Below are positions 47,632 through 58,041 of a stretch of DNA of 64,000 nucleotides, piece after piece; within the stretch, counting starts at the first letter, position 1, and every line of letters starts with the position of its first letter. The notes beneath the pieces were generated by a model. It had not been told where the DNA came from, ran no database searches, and worked only from the letters and a program-made list of their open reading frames with translations. The position numbers and the translations under genes were made by a program. Source of the stretch: Bacteroidaceae bacterium (GTDB lineage Bacteria; Bacteroidota; Bacteroidia; Bacteroidales; Bacteroidaceae); NCBI GenBank assembly GCA_963668125.1, contig OY764215.1:1858972-1922971 (forward strand), given 5' to 3'.

Positions 47632-49011
47632 ATGAAAAAATATTTTGCTTTTGTTTTAGCGATGCTGTCATTTGGGGGTGTTAGCCGGGCAGATAACCCG
47701 ATTGTTCAAACGCATTTTGGTCCCGATCCTGCACCGATGGTTTATAACGGTACGCTTTACGCATATGTTGGTGATGATATTCCGGGTTTCGATTTTTACT
47801 ATATGACCAAATGGCATGTATTATCCACTACCGACATGGTAAATTGGACAGACCATGGAAGTCCCATTTCGTTGGAATCCTTTAAATGGGCACGTGACCG
47901 TGCCTGGGCAGCTCAGTGTATTGAACGTAAAGGTAAGTTTTATTGGTATATATGTGCTCAAACTGATAAAAACGACATGGCAATAGGCGTGGCGGTTTCT
48001 GATTCACCAACAGGACCATTCAAAGATGCACTTGGAAAACCATTGATAACTAATGGAAGTTGGTCTAATATAGATCCAACTGTATGGATTGATGATGATG
48101 GGCAAGCTTATCTTTATTGGGGAAATGGAAGTCTGTTTTACGTCAAGCTAAATAAAGACATGGTTTCTTATTCGGGTGAGATTGTAACAGTTCCTCTTTC
48201 CGTAGAGACTTTTGGGGGTATCAGGAGTAATAAAAGTACTGAAAATCCTAATAGGGATATGTTTGTTGAAGGTCCTTGGTTTTATAAACGGAACAGTAAT
48301 TACTATATGATGTACGCCGGAATGAGCAAAGGTGGCGAGAGCCTTTCCTATTCAACAAGTAGTAGTCCTGTTGGTCCGTGGAAATATCAGGGGAAAATTA
48401 TGGAGAATCAAAAAATTAATAGCTTTACCAATCATGGTGGAATTGTTGATTATAAAGGGAACTCTTATCTTTTCTACCATACGGGATTGTTACCCGGAGG
48501 GGGAAGCTATGGACGAGCTGCATGCGTCGAGCAATTTACGTACAATCCTGATGGAACAATTCCTTCAGTCTCCATCTCCAAAGAAGGTCCTAAACCGGTT
48601 GGGGATATTAATCCTTATAAGCGTGTTGAAGCGGAAACAATGGCATGGTCGCAAAAATGTTCCATATCTCAAGATAAAAAAATAAGGGTGTATGTTTCAA
48701 GCACTCGCTCGAAAGGTTATATAAAGGTACGTGAGGTGAATTTTGGTAATCAATCGCCTAAATTATTCTCAGCCTCGTTAGCAGCAGGTGTTGATGGGGG
48801 CATTTTGGAAGTTCGTCTTGATAGCGTTGCGGGAACAATTCTTTCGTCCATTCAGCTACCTCGCACCGGAGGATGGGATAAATTCAAAACTTTCACATCT
48901 GAATTAAAGCATAAAGTAACAGGTAAGCATGATGTTTATTTTTATTTTAATGGACAAAATATCACTTTAGGGCGTGAATTGTTTAACTTTGATTGGTGGA
49001 TGTTTCGATAA
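47632..49011 (+). CDS. GH43 plus CBM6-like module
   Basis: The ORF track starts at TTG 47608. ATG 47632 gives the signal peptide MKKYFAFVLAMLSFGGVSRA. Blocks: FGPDPAPMVY, NIDPTVWIDDDGQAYLYWGN, VEGPWFYKRNS. The tail ends ELFNFDWWMFR. Confidence 0.9.
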   Translation: MKKYFAFVLAMLSFGGVSRADNPIVQTHFGPDPAPMVYNGTLYAYVGDDIPGFDFYYMTKWHVLSTTDMVNWTDHGSPISLESFKWARDRAWAAQCIERKGKFYWYICAQTDKNDMAIGVAVSDSPTGPFKDALGKPLITNGSWSNIDPTVWIDDDGQAYLYWGNGSLFYVKLNKDMVSYSGEIVTVPLSVETFGGIRSNKSTENPNRDMFVEGPWFYKRNSNYYMMYAGMSKGGESLSYSTSSSPVGPWKYQGKIMENQKINSFTNHGGIVDYKGNSYLFYHTGLLPGGGSYGRAACVEQFTYNPDGTIPSVSISKEGPKPVGDINPYKRVEAETMAWSQKCSISQDKKIRVYVSSTRSKGYIKVREVNFGNQSPKLFSASLAAGVDGGILEVRLDSVAGTILSSIQLPRTGGWDKFKTFTSELKHKVTGKHDVYFYFNGQNITLGRELFNFDWWMFR

Positions 49012-49135
49012 CCGGCCGAAACTGATATATAGAAATTACTAACGAGTTCGGCAAAGAATGGTTTCACTATCCATTCTTCAATCATTGAATTCAAAAATCA
49101 ATGATCAAAATAAGTTGTAAATAATAATTAGTGCT

Positions 49136-52126
49136 ATGAATAGTAGAGTTAAACTAAAACAGATTTTCCTTATTGCAGGATTTATTCTGATTGGATCATT
49201 CTCAGTTAAAGCTGCTGATAAAACCGACTACAAAACACCTTCTCAGTATATTCTGCATGAGGTCTCAAAAAATGCTTTTACGATAGTTGCTAATGGAAAA
49301 GCTACTTCAATCTATGTCGATTCAGCAGACTGGAAAGGGGTTATACGTGCAGCAAAAGACCTGAGTGATGATGTGCGCAAGGTTTCAGGAACTAAATCCG
49401 AAGTTATTGAAAAATTGCAATATCCTGCTAAAGGCATAATTTTAATTGGTACTATTGGTAAAAGTAAGATAATTGACCAATTGATTGCTGATAAAAAAAT
49501 AGATGTTTCGGAAATAAAAGGACATTGGGAATCATTTATCATTCAAACTGTTGATGGTAATTTGATTGTCGCTGGAAGTGACAAACGTGGAACTATTTAT
49601 GGAATATACGATATTTCTGAAAGAATAGGCGTTTCACCTTGGTATTTTTGGGCAGATGTTCCGGCTAAAAGAAATAATCAACTATATGTGAAAGCTGGCC
49701 GATACGTTCAGGATTCTCCCAAAGTAAAATACCGTGGTATTTTCATCAATGATGAATCGCCTTCATTCACCGGTTGGTGCAATAATAAGTTTGGCGGTGT
49801 TAATTCCAAAATGTATGTAAATATGTTTGAACTACTACTGCGTTTGAAAGCCAATTTTCTTTGGCCTGCTATGTGGAGCAATGCATTTAACGAAGATGAT
49901 CCAATGAGTCCGGTTTTAGCAGATGAGTACGGAATTGTAATGGGAACCTCGCATCATGAACCGATGATGCGGGCGCAAAAGGAATATACTAAACGCAAAC
50001 AGGAAGTCGGTGCCTGGGACTTTGTTACAAATAGTGCGAATCTTGAAAAGTTTTGGTTTGACGGTCTCAACCGCAACAAGAATTATGATAATGTTATTAC
50101 GATGGGTATGCGTGGTGATGGCGACATGGCAATGGGTAAAGGCGATGACCAGGAAAATATCAAAACCTTGCAAAATGTAGTGAAAGGTCAGCGTGAAATC
50201 ATCCAAAAGGTTTATAATGACAGTCCGGCAAATCATCCCCAATTGTGGGCCATTTACACTGAAGTTCAACGCTATTACGATGCCGGATTAACTGTTCCGG
50301 ATGATATTATTCTTTTGTTCTGTGATAATAACAGCGGCTATATTCGCCGCATTTATCCTCCGAAAGAAAAGAACCGTAAAGGGGGAGGTGGAATGTACTA
50401 CCACATTGATATGAATGGTGGCCCGTGGAATGACCGTTGGGTAAATACTACTACTATTCCTAAATTGCGCGAACAGTTTAATCTCGCTTATCAAACGGGT
50501 ATTGATAAACTTTGGGTAATAAATGTAGGCGACCTTAAACCAAAGGAAATTCCGATTGACTTTATTATGCGTTACGCATGGAATCCCGAAGCGGTATCTG
50601 CTGATAAGACTATGGATTACAGCATCGATTGGGCAACAAAAACTTTTGGTAAAGAGCATGCTGTTGAAATTGCAGATATAGTTTCTAAATACCCAAAATA
50701 CAACCTTTGGAGAAAAGCTGAAGCGCAGGTTCCGAACATTTTCAGTATTGTGAATTATAATGAAGGCGACCGTGTTATTCAACTTTGGCGCGATGTGGCT
50801 AATAAAGCGGAAGCTTTGAAATCTAAAATTGCTCCAGAAGCACAAGATGCTTATTATCAGTTGGTATTATATCCGGCTAAAGCATCTGCCGGTGTCGCTG
50901 AAATGTACATTGCGGCAGATAAAAATAATCTTTATGCCAAGCAAGGACGTGTAAGTGCTAATGATTATGCTAAACGCGTTCGCGATCTTTATGATTTGGA
51001 TAAACAATTAAGCGATTATTATAATGGTCCAATGGCAGATGGAAAATGGAAAAACATGATGTCTGACATACATATGGGTTACACAATGTGGTCCATGCCT
51101 CATACCAATTCTATGCCGGCTGTAGTTTCTGTAACGCCACTTCCAACTCCGGCTATGGGCATTGCCGTTGAGGGAAGCGAACAAGCGTGGCCGGCTTCGG
51201 AAGTAAAAGCCGCTTTACCGGTATTTGATAGCCTTAACAAGAAACCGTACTATATTGATGTGTTTAACCGTGGAACTGGGGCATTCGCTTTTAAAGCGAG
51301 TACAAATAAATCCTGGATTAAATTAAGTGCAATAAAAGGGATTGTAGAAAAGGAAAATCGTATCATGGTTGATATTGACTGGAAATCTATGCCTGTTGGT
51401 AAAGCTGATGGTTTGATTGAAATTAAACAAGGCGATAGTTTGGTTCAGGTTCAGGTGAGCGCTGTTAAAGCAACAATTCCTTTAACAAAAGAGTCATATT
51501 TCGGAAGTTTAACCGGTGAATTTTCTATTCCTGCAAATAAGTTCAATGTCAATGTACCCGGCAAACAATCAAAATGGATACTTTTACCAGATTTAGGGAG
51601 AGATGAAGCTTGTATGGGAATTTATCCGGTTACTGCACCGAGTGAAACATCTAAAACAGCACCTCGTTTGGAATACAAAATGTATCTGAACCAGCAGGGT
51701 AAAACTACTATCTGTATTGGGATACTTCCCACTCAGGATGTTTATCCAGAACGTGGTTTGCGTATAGCTGTGTCTATCGACAACAACGAACCTCAAATTC
51801 TGGATGCACGCAAAGGATTGGTGGATACATTCACCGAATATACTCCAAAGAATCTTGCCAACTCGAAAGTGTTGAAACCTCTTCCTCCGCTCAATAAAGA
51901 TATTGCATTGGTTGGAACAGGAAAATTGCGTCGTAACGAAATTTTTGATAACTTACGTTGGTTGGATGTTCAATTAGATGTGGCTGCTATAGGATTTCAT
52001 ACGCTTAAAGTGTTTATGATTGATCCAGAAGTAGTTCTTGAAAGAATTGTGGTAAATCCCGATAATAATCATCCAAGCTATTTTGGAGCTCCTTCTATTC
52101 AACACAATACAATAAAAGTCTATTAA
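49136..52126 (+). CDS. GH115-family alpha-glucuronidase (tandem paralog 1)
   Basis: Signal peptide. Blocks: AGSDKRGTIYGIYDISERIGVSPWYFWADVPA, KYRGIFINDESP, LWPAMWSNAFNEDDP, ADEYGIVMGTSHHEPMMR, GGGGMYYHIDMNG, LWVINVGDLKP. Confidence 0.88.
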   Translation: MNSRVKLKQIFLIAGFILIGSFSVKAADKTDYKTPSQYILHEVSKNAFTIVANGKATSIYVDSADWKGVIRAAKDLSDDVRKVSGTKSEVIEKLQYPAKGIILIGTIGKSKIIDQLIADKKIDVSEIKGHWESFIIQTVDGNLIVAGSDKRGTIYGIYDISERIGVSPWYFWADVPAKRNNQLYVKAGRYVQDSPKVKYRGIFINDESPSFTGWCNNKFGGVNSKMYVNMFELLLRLKANFLWPAMWSNAFNEDDPMSPVLADEYGIVMGTSHHEPMMRAQKEYTKRKQEVGAWDFVTNSANLEKFWFDGLNRNKNYDNVITMGMRGDGDMAMGKGDDQENIKTLQNVVKGQREIIQKVYNDSPANHPQLWAIYTEVQRYYDAGLTVPDDIILLFCDNNSGYIRRIYPPKEKNRKGGGGMYYHIDMNGGPWNDRWVNTTTIPKLREQFNLAYQTGIDKLWVINVGDLKPKEIPIDFIMRYAWNPEAVSADKTMDYSIDWATKTFGKEHAVEIADIVSKYPKYNLWRKAEAQVPNIFSIVNYNEGDRVIQLWRDVANKAEALKSKIAPEAQDAYYQLVLYPAKASAGVAEMYIAADKNNLYAKQGRVSANDYAKRVRDLYDLDKQLSDYYNGPMADGKWKNMMSDIHMGYTMWSMPHTNSMPAVVSVTPLPTPAMGIAVEGSEQAWPASEVKAALPVFDSLNKKPYYIDVFNRGTGAFAFKASTNKSWIKLSAIKGIVEKENRIMVDIDWKSMPVGKADGLIEIKQGDSLVQVQVSAVKATIPLTKESYFGSLTGEFSIPANKFNVNVPGKQSKWILLPDLGRDEACMGIYPVTAPSETSKTAPRLEYKMYLNQQGKTTICIGILPTQDVYPERGLRIAVSIDNNEPQILDARKGLVDTFTEYTPKNLANSKVLKPLPPLNKDIALVGTGKLRRNEIFDNLRWLDVQLDVAAIGFHTLKVFMIDPEVVLERIVVNPDNNHPSYFGAPSIQHNTIKVY

Positions 52127-52160
52127 ATAGTAAAATTAGGATTTAGTAGTTAATACAATC

Positions 52161-55103
52161 ATGAAAAAACAATTTTATTTATTTCTGTTAACGCTGCTTT
52201 TGCCTTCATCATTGTGGGCTATTGGAGGTGAAAACTATATTTCAACTTCTAAAGGAAAGAACAACTTCACTTTATCTGCAGCAGGAAAATCCACCACATT
52301 GTACATTGGTTCAAATGATTATCTAGGAGTTATTAGAGCTTTAAAAGATTTGAAAGCCGATATTGGAAAGGTTACTAACATAGAACCAACCATTCTTTAT
52401 GATAAGGTGCCATCTAAAAAAGAGCTTGTAATTGTTGGTACATTTGGGAAAAGTCCTGTAATAGACCAACTTGTTAAAAGCGGCAAACTCGATGTGAAGA
52501 ATATTATCGGAAAGTGGGAGACTTTTCTGATTCAAGTGGTTAACAATCCATTTCCAGGCATTGATAAAGCTCTAGTTATAGTTGGAAGCGATAAACGAGG
52601 TACGATATTCGGAATCTATGATGTGTCAGAGCAGATTGGTGTTTCGCCATGGCATTTTTGGGCAGATGTTCCAGTTGATCACAAGGAGGCTCTTTATGTT
52701 AAACCGATTCGAGTTGTACAAGGTCCAAGTGTAAAATATCGAGGTATTTTTATCAACGATGAGGCTCCGGCTCTTACGGGCTGGGTTAAAGAAAAATATG
52801 GTATGGCAAAATCGAGCCAAAACCCACCTGTAGGCAAAAATGTTGTAAATTATGGTCATGAGTTTTATGCAACTGTTTTCGAGTTAATGCTTCGAATGAA
52901 AGCAAACTATCTTTGGCCTGCCATGTGGAGTAATGCTTTTAATGAAGACGATCCCGAAAATCCGCGTCTTGCCGACGAATATGGCATTGTAATGGGTACT
53001 TCGCATCAGGAACCCATGATGCGTTCGCAACAGGAATGGGACCGCCGTTATATAGCAACTCTTGGTCACTGGGACTATACGAAACATCCCGACACTCTTG
53101 AAAATTTCTGGAGAGAAGGAATCAGTAGGAATAAAAACTATGAAAACGTTGTAACAATGGGACTTCGTGGAGCCAACGACTCTGAAATGGGTGGTGATAT
53201 GAAAGACAATATTTCGATGGTAGAAAAAATCGTTAGAAATCAGCAGAAGATTATTAGCGAAGTAATGAATCCTAATATTAATGAAGTGCCTCAGGCGTGG
53301 TGTTTATATAAAGAAATAATGGAATACTACAACAATGGCATGCGTGTGCCCGACAATATTACGTTGCTTTGGGCTGATGACAACTGGGGAAACATACGTA
53401 GGTTGCCCACTGATGCAGAACGTAAACGAAGTGGTGGTGCAGGCGTCTATTATCATTTTGATTATCATGGCGATCCAAGAAGTTACGAATGGATTAATAC
53501 CAATCCGCTTCCAAAAATATGGGATCAAATGTCTCTTGCTAAACAGTATGGTGCCGATAAAATTTGGATAGTTAACGTAGGGCATCTAAAAGGATACGAA
53601 TTACCAATGGAGTATTTTATGAGTCTTGGTTGGAATACTAATCGTTGGAATAACTTAAATATTAACGAGTTTACACAACTTTGGGCTTCAAGAGAATTTG
53701 GACCAAAATATGCTGTTGAAATAGCTGATATCCTCTCTAAGTATGGAAAATACAATGGCCGTCGTAAACCCGAATCGTTAACAGCATCAACATACAGTCT
53801 CACAAACTACAATGAGTTCGAAACTGTTGTTTCGGATTACAATAAAATTAGGGCAAGAGCCGAAGCTATTTACAATAAATTACCGAAGGAAAAACGCGAT
53901 GCTTTCTATCAGATCGTTTTGTTTCCTGTGAAAGCTTGTGCTATCGTTAATGAATTGTATTTGTCTGCTGCTAAAAATGAATTATATGCCAGACAAAAAC
54001 GCTTCACCACCAATGCAATGGCTGCAAAAACCAGAGAATTGTTTCAGGCTGATACTACTTTAATGTCTTATTACAACCATGTATATGCGAATGGTAAATG
54101 GAATCACTTTATGGATCAAACTCACCTTGGTTATACCGATTGGATGCCTCCAAGAAAAAATAGTTTAGAGGCAATTAAACTAACAGAAATTCAAGTGCCT
54201 GATTCTGCATTATTGGGTGTTGCATTAGAAGGTACGGAACAGAGTTGGCCAGAGTCATCGGTAGAAGCTACGTTACCTGAATTTGATATTTTTAGCAATC
54301 GTCAGCATTATATTGAGGTGTTTAATAGAGGAAAAAAAGCGTTCACGTATGAGATAAAAGCAAATGTACCATGGATTTCAATCAGTGAAAGTAAAGGTCA
54401 GGTTGACAATAATGATAAACGAATAATCATTAGCCTCAATGAAGCTACATTGCCTAAAGGTCGGACAGATGGTAAAATAACAATTACCGGAGCAGGAAAA
54501 GAAGTCATAGTAAAGGTAAGTGCTTTCAACCCAATTGAAACAAGCAAAGAAAAGTTGAAGGGTTTTATCGAATGCGGTGGTTACGTTTCAATAGAACCTG
54601 AACACTATTCCAAAAATATTCAAAGCGGTGACCGTAAATGGATTAAGGTTGAAGATTACGGAAGAACATTATCAGGTATGAGGGCAACTGCTCCTGCCAA
54701 TGCCCCTGCTGCCATTCCTGGCAAAGATGCTCCTTGTTTGGAATATCCTATTTACATGTTTTCTAAAGATACAGCTCAAGTAACATTGCTTACCTCAAAC
54801 CTTCTGAACTTTATGCCGGGGCGCGATATTAAAATAGCTGTTTCGTTCGATGATGAGGAACCTCAGTTTATAACCAATGTTCCCGATAAATTTAAAGTGC
54901 ATTGGTCTAATCCAGCTTGGGCAACTACAGTGGTAACACATGCAAGACTTAGTCAGGCAACACTTAAAATAACTAAACAAGGTTACCATACACTAAAAGT
55001 TTGGATGATTGACCCTGGCGTGGTTATTCAAAAAATTATAGTAAACACAGGAGGGCTTAAACCTTCGTATCTGGGGCCTGCTGAGACTTTTTTTGCAAAA
55101 TAA
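52161..55103 (+). CDS. GH115-family alpha-glucuronidase (tandem paralog 2)
   Basis: It is collinear with 49136-52126. Blocks: GSDKRGTIFGIYDVSEQIGVSPWHFWADVPV, KYRGIFINDEAP, LWPAMWSNAFNEDDP, ADEYGIVMGTSHQEPMMR, GGAGVYYHFDYHG, IWIVNVGHLKG. Confidence 0.88.
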   Translation: MKKQFYLFLLTLLLPSSLWAIGGENYISTSKGKNNFTLSAAGKSTTLYIGSNDYLGVIRALKDLKADIGKVTNIEPTILYDKVPSKKELVIVGTFGKSPVIDQLVKSGKLDVKNIIGKWETFLIQVVNNPFPGIDKALVIVGSDKRGTIFGIYDVSEQIGVSPWHFWADVPVDHKEALYVKPIRVVQGPSVKYRGIFINDEAPALTGWVKEKYGMAKSSQNPPVGKNVVNYGHEFYATVFELMLRMKANYLWPAMWSNAFNEDDPENPRLADEYGIVMGTSHQEPMMRSQQEWDRRYIATLGHWDYTKHPDTLENFWREGISRNKNYENVVTMGLRGANDSEMGGDMKDNISMVEKIVRNQQKIISEVMNPNINEVPQAWCLYKEIMEYYNNGMRVPDNITLLWADDNWGNIRRLPTDAERKRSGGAGVYYHFDYHGDPRSYEWINTNPLPKIWDQMSLAKQYGADKIWIVNVGHLKGYELPMEYFMSLGWNTNRWNNLNINEFTQLWASREFGPKYAVEIADILSKYGKYNGRRKPESLTASTYSLTNYNEFETVVSDYNKIRARAEAIYNKLPKEKRDAFYQIVLFPVKACAIVNELYLSAAKNELYARQKRFTTNAMAAKTRELFQADTTLMSYYNHVYANGKWNHFMDQTHLGYTDWMPPRKNSLEAIKLTEIQVPDSALLGVALEGTEQSWPESSVEATLPEFDIFSNRQHYIEVFNRGKKAFTYEIKANVPWISISESKGQVDNNDKRIIISLNEATLPKGRTDGKITITGAGKEVIVKVSAFNPIETSKEKLKGFIECGGYVSIEPEHYSKNIQSGDRKWIKVEDYGRTLSGMRATAPANAPAAIPGKDAPCLEYPIYMFSKDTAQVTLLTSNLLNFMPGRDIKIAVSFDDEEPQFITNVPDKFKVHWSNPAWATTVVTHARLSQATLKITKQGYHTLKVWMIDPGVVIQKIIVNTGGLKPSYLGPAETFFAK

Positions 55104-55180
55104 AGTATGAAGTAAAACAGAGTACAGCAAAACATACCTTTACTTGTGGCGACACCAGTATCGTAATCTAATTTGTAGTA

Positions 55181-55408
55181 ATCGATGGGGGAGGTTTTAA
55201 AAAAATATGTTGGGCTTAGTGTTACGGGAACAATTATCTCGTCTATTCAACTTCCTCGTACCGGATGGAGGATGGGATAAATTTAAAACTGTCACTTCGG
55301 AATTAAAGCATAAAGTAATAGGTAAATATGATATTTTTTTATTTTTGCGGAAAAAATATCACTGCTGGTCGTGAATTGTTTAACTTTGACTGGTGGAAAT
55401 TTCAATAA
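55181..55408 (+). pseudogene. Decayed 3' fragment (CBM6-type tail) of a GH43-CBM6 gene
   Basis: Nucleotide homology to 48790-49011, the 3' end of the gene at 47632-49011. Examples: ggaggatgggataaatt, gaattaaagcataaagtaa, cgtgaattgtttaactttga, and the same terminal tggtgg...taa. A 4-nt insertion (accggaTGGAggatggg versus accggaggatggg) and a 2-nt deletion near 55330-55345 break the frame. No propeller-encoding part remains. Confidence 0.8.
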
Positions 55409-55438
55409 TAGAAAATAAGCAATCTATAAAAATAATAT

Positions 55439-57898
55439 ATGAAAAAACTCAATTTAGTATTCTCGCTACTGATGCTTTTTGCCATCGGTAGTCAGGCACA
55501 ATCGTACACAAAAAGCAATTTGGGTATCAAAACCCCAATTAATTCAATGGATGTTGAAATCCAATTTTATGGGCCTTCCACAGTAAGAGTTCTGAAATCT
55601 CCTGTTGGCCAAACTTTTGAAAAGAAAAGTTTAACGGTAGTAAAAGAGCCTCAGGCCGTAAAGCTTGCTATCAATCAGCAAGGGGATGTTGTTTCGCTAA
55701 AAAGCAATAAGCTGAAGGTTGATGTCAATATAAAGTCTGGGAAAATATCTTATTATACTCTTTCCGGAGAACAACTTTTAAGCGAAAAAGAATCGGGTGC
55801 AACCTTTACTGATTTTAATGATGCAGGATCAAAAACATACACCATTAATCAGCAGTTTACACTTGATAAAGACGAGGATATTTATGGTTTAGGTCAACAA
55901 CAGCGTGGCAAATTGTCTCTTCGTAACACAAAACTCAACATGGTACAGGGAAACACAGACGATTATGTTCCTTTCCTTGTATCTACAAAAGGGTACGGAT
56001 TATTCTGGGATAATTATTCCCCCACTGTTTTTGAAGATAAGCCCGAAAGTACATCATTTAAATCTGATGTTGGCGATTGCATTGATTACTATCTTATGTT
56101 CGGTGAAAACATTGATGGATCGATTGCTTGTATGCGCGGCCTCACCGGACAAGCTCCTATGTTTCCTTTGTGGACTTTTGGTTTTTGGCAAAGTAAAGAA
56201 CGCTACAAAAGCCAGAAAGAACTGGTGGGTGTAGTTAATAAATATCGTGAACTGGGTGTGCCTCTCGATGGTATTATTCAGGACTGGCAATACTGGGGCA
56301 ACAATTACCTTTGGAATGCTATGGAATTTCTTAACACTGAATTTCCTGAACCAAAGAAAATGGTGGAAGATATTCACAATCAAAATGCACACCTTATTAT
56401 TTCTATCTGGTCTTCTTTTGGACCGCAGACAAAACAATTCCGCGAGATGGAACCGAAGGGTATGCTTTTGAATTTCGGTACATGGCCACAATCAGGATTG
56501 GAAAGCTGGCCGCCAAACCGCGAATATCCATCAGGTGTACAACCTTACGATCCTTATAATCCTGAAGCTCGTGATATATACTGGAAACATCTGCAGAAAG
56601 GACTTTTCTCATTGGGCATTGATGGTTGGTGGATGGATTCAACTGAACCCGACCATCTGGATTTCAAACCTTCTGATTTCGATCTTAAAACTTACCTGGG
56701 CTCATTTCGCAAGGTACGCAACGCATTCCCACTGATGGCGGTAGGAGGAGTTTCTGAACATCAGCGTTCGGCAAGTTCTGATAAACGTATATTTATTCTT
56801 ACCCGATCAGCATTTGCCGGACAACAACGTTACGGAGCGAATACATGGTCGGGAGATGTAAATTCTTCCTGGCAATCATTACGCAACCAGATACCTGCAG
56901 GTCTTAACTTCTCGATGAGTGCTATTCCTTACTGGAATACTGATATTGGCGGTTTTTTTGCTGGTGCTTATAACAAAGGCTGGAGTGAAGGAACTAAGAA
57001 TCCATCGTTTCAGGAACTGTATGTACGCTGGCTTCAATTCGGGGCATTTACCCCTATGATGCGTTCGCATGGTACCGATATCCCTAGAGAAATATATAAC
57101 TTTGGTAAAAAAGGAGAAACTATCTATGATGCAATAGCAAAGACAATTAATTTGCGTTATTCTCTGTTGCCATATATTTACTCTACATCTTGGTCGGTTA
57201 CTAATAACCAATCTACTATAATGCGAGCTTTGGTGATGGACTTCAATGATAAGAAGGTTAAAGACATGAACAACGAGTATATGTTTGGTAAATCAATATT
57301 GGTTGCTCCGGTTGTTAATGCACAATATACTCCTGAAACTATAGTAAAATCGGATGCACAAACTGGTTGGGATAAAAAAGATGCTAACGGCGAGAATAAA
57401 AGTGTAGCTGTGAATTTCACTCAGGCTAAATCAACGAAAGTTTATTTGCCCGAAGGAACTGCCTGGTATGACTTTTGGACTAACGAGAAAATCAATGGCG
57501 GTCAGGAAATTGTAAAAGCAACAACGCTTGATGAGATTCCTTTATACATTAAGTCGGGAAGCATAATTCCTTTCGGACCACAAGTGCAATATGCCACTGA
57601 GAAGAAATGGGATGATCTAGAAATTCGTATTTACGGAGGTGCTAATGGAGAATTCACTCTTTACGAGGACGAGAACGATAATTACAACTACGAAAAAGGA
57701 GCATATTCAACCATTACCTTTACTTGGAACGATGCAAAGAAGGCATTGACTATTAATAATCGTAAAGGTTCTTTTTCAGGGATGCTTGCTGAACGTAAAT
57801 TCAAGATTAGATTCGTAACTCCTGGTAAGAATACTTCTGATAAATATGATAAAGTAATAGTTTATAAAGGAAAGAAAGTTGTTACTGTTTTACCTTAA
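55439..57898 (+). CDS. GH31-family alpha-xylosidase/alpha-glucosidase
   Basis: Signal peptide ending GSQAQ. Blocks: WTFGFWQSKERY, GIIQDWQYWG, IDGWWMDSTEPD (nucleophile region), LTRSAFAGQQRYGANTWSGD, WNTDIGGFF, MRSHG. Confidence 0.9.
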   Translation: MKKLNLVFSLLMLFAIGSQAQSYTKSNLGIKTPINSMDVEIQFYGPSTVRVLKSPVGQTFEKKSLTVVKEPQAVKLAINQQGDVVSLKSNKLKVDVNIKSGKISYYTLSGEQLLSEKESGATFTDFNDAGSKTYTINQQFTLDKDEDIYGLGQQQRGKLSLRNTKLNMVQGNTDDYVPFLVSTKGYGLFWDNYSPTVFEDKPESTSFKSDVGDCIDYYLMFGENIDGSIACMRGLTGQAPMFPLWTFGFWQSKERYKSQKELVGVVNKYRELGVPLDGIIQDWQYWGNNYLWNAMEFLNTEFPEPKKMVEDIHNQNAHLIISIWSSFGPQTKQFREMEPKGMLLNFGTWPQSGLESWPPNREYPSGVQPYDPYNPEARDIYWKHLQKGLFSLGIDGWWMDSTEPDHLDFKPSDFDLKTYLGSFRKVRNAFPLMAVGGVSEHQRSASSDKRIFILTRSAFAGQQRYGANTWSGDVNSSWQSLRNQIPAGLNFSMSAIPYWNTDIGGFFAGAYNKGWSEGTKNPSFQELYVRWLQFGAFTPMMRSHGTDIPREIYNFGKKGETIYDAIAKTINLRYSLLPYIYSTSWSVTNNQSTIMRALVMDFNDKKVKDMNNEYMFGKSILVAPVVNAQYTPETIVKSDAQTGWDKKDANGENKSVAVNFTQAKSTKVYLPEGTAWYDFWTNEKINGGQEIVKATTLDEIPLYIKSGSIIPFGPQVQYATEKKWDDLEIRIYGGANGEFTLYEDENDNYNYEKGAYSTITFTWNDAKKALTINNRKGSFSGMLAERKFKIRFVTPGKNTSDKYDKVIVYKGKKVVTVLP

Positions 57899-57974
57899 TT
57901 GAAAAATTGAAAGATTAAACTCTTTATCTCCCTTTAATTTCTTAACTGTTATTACTCAGAAGGATACTTTTTAA

Positions 57975-58016
57975 AAAGTTGTGCGGATAATGATCAATGT
58001 CTGCACTGCTTTTTTT
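57975..58016 (+). terminator. Terminator-like hairpin after GH31 (55439-57898)
   Basis: aaag..gtgcgga (57975-57987) pairs with tctgcac..cttt (58000-58012) with an internal mismatch. It is flanked by an A-run and followed by ttttttt (58010-58016). Confidence 0.45.
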
Positions 58017-58041
58017 AGAATGATTAGTTCCCTAAATAAAT

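Noticed and set aside
48332-48685. 117-aa alternative-frame ORF on the same strand within GH43-CBM6
   Set aside because: The annotated frame carries all GH43/CBM6 motifs, and the alternative-frame product has no recognisable features.
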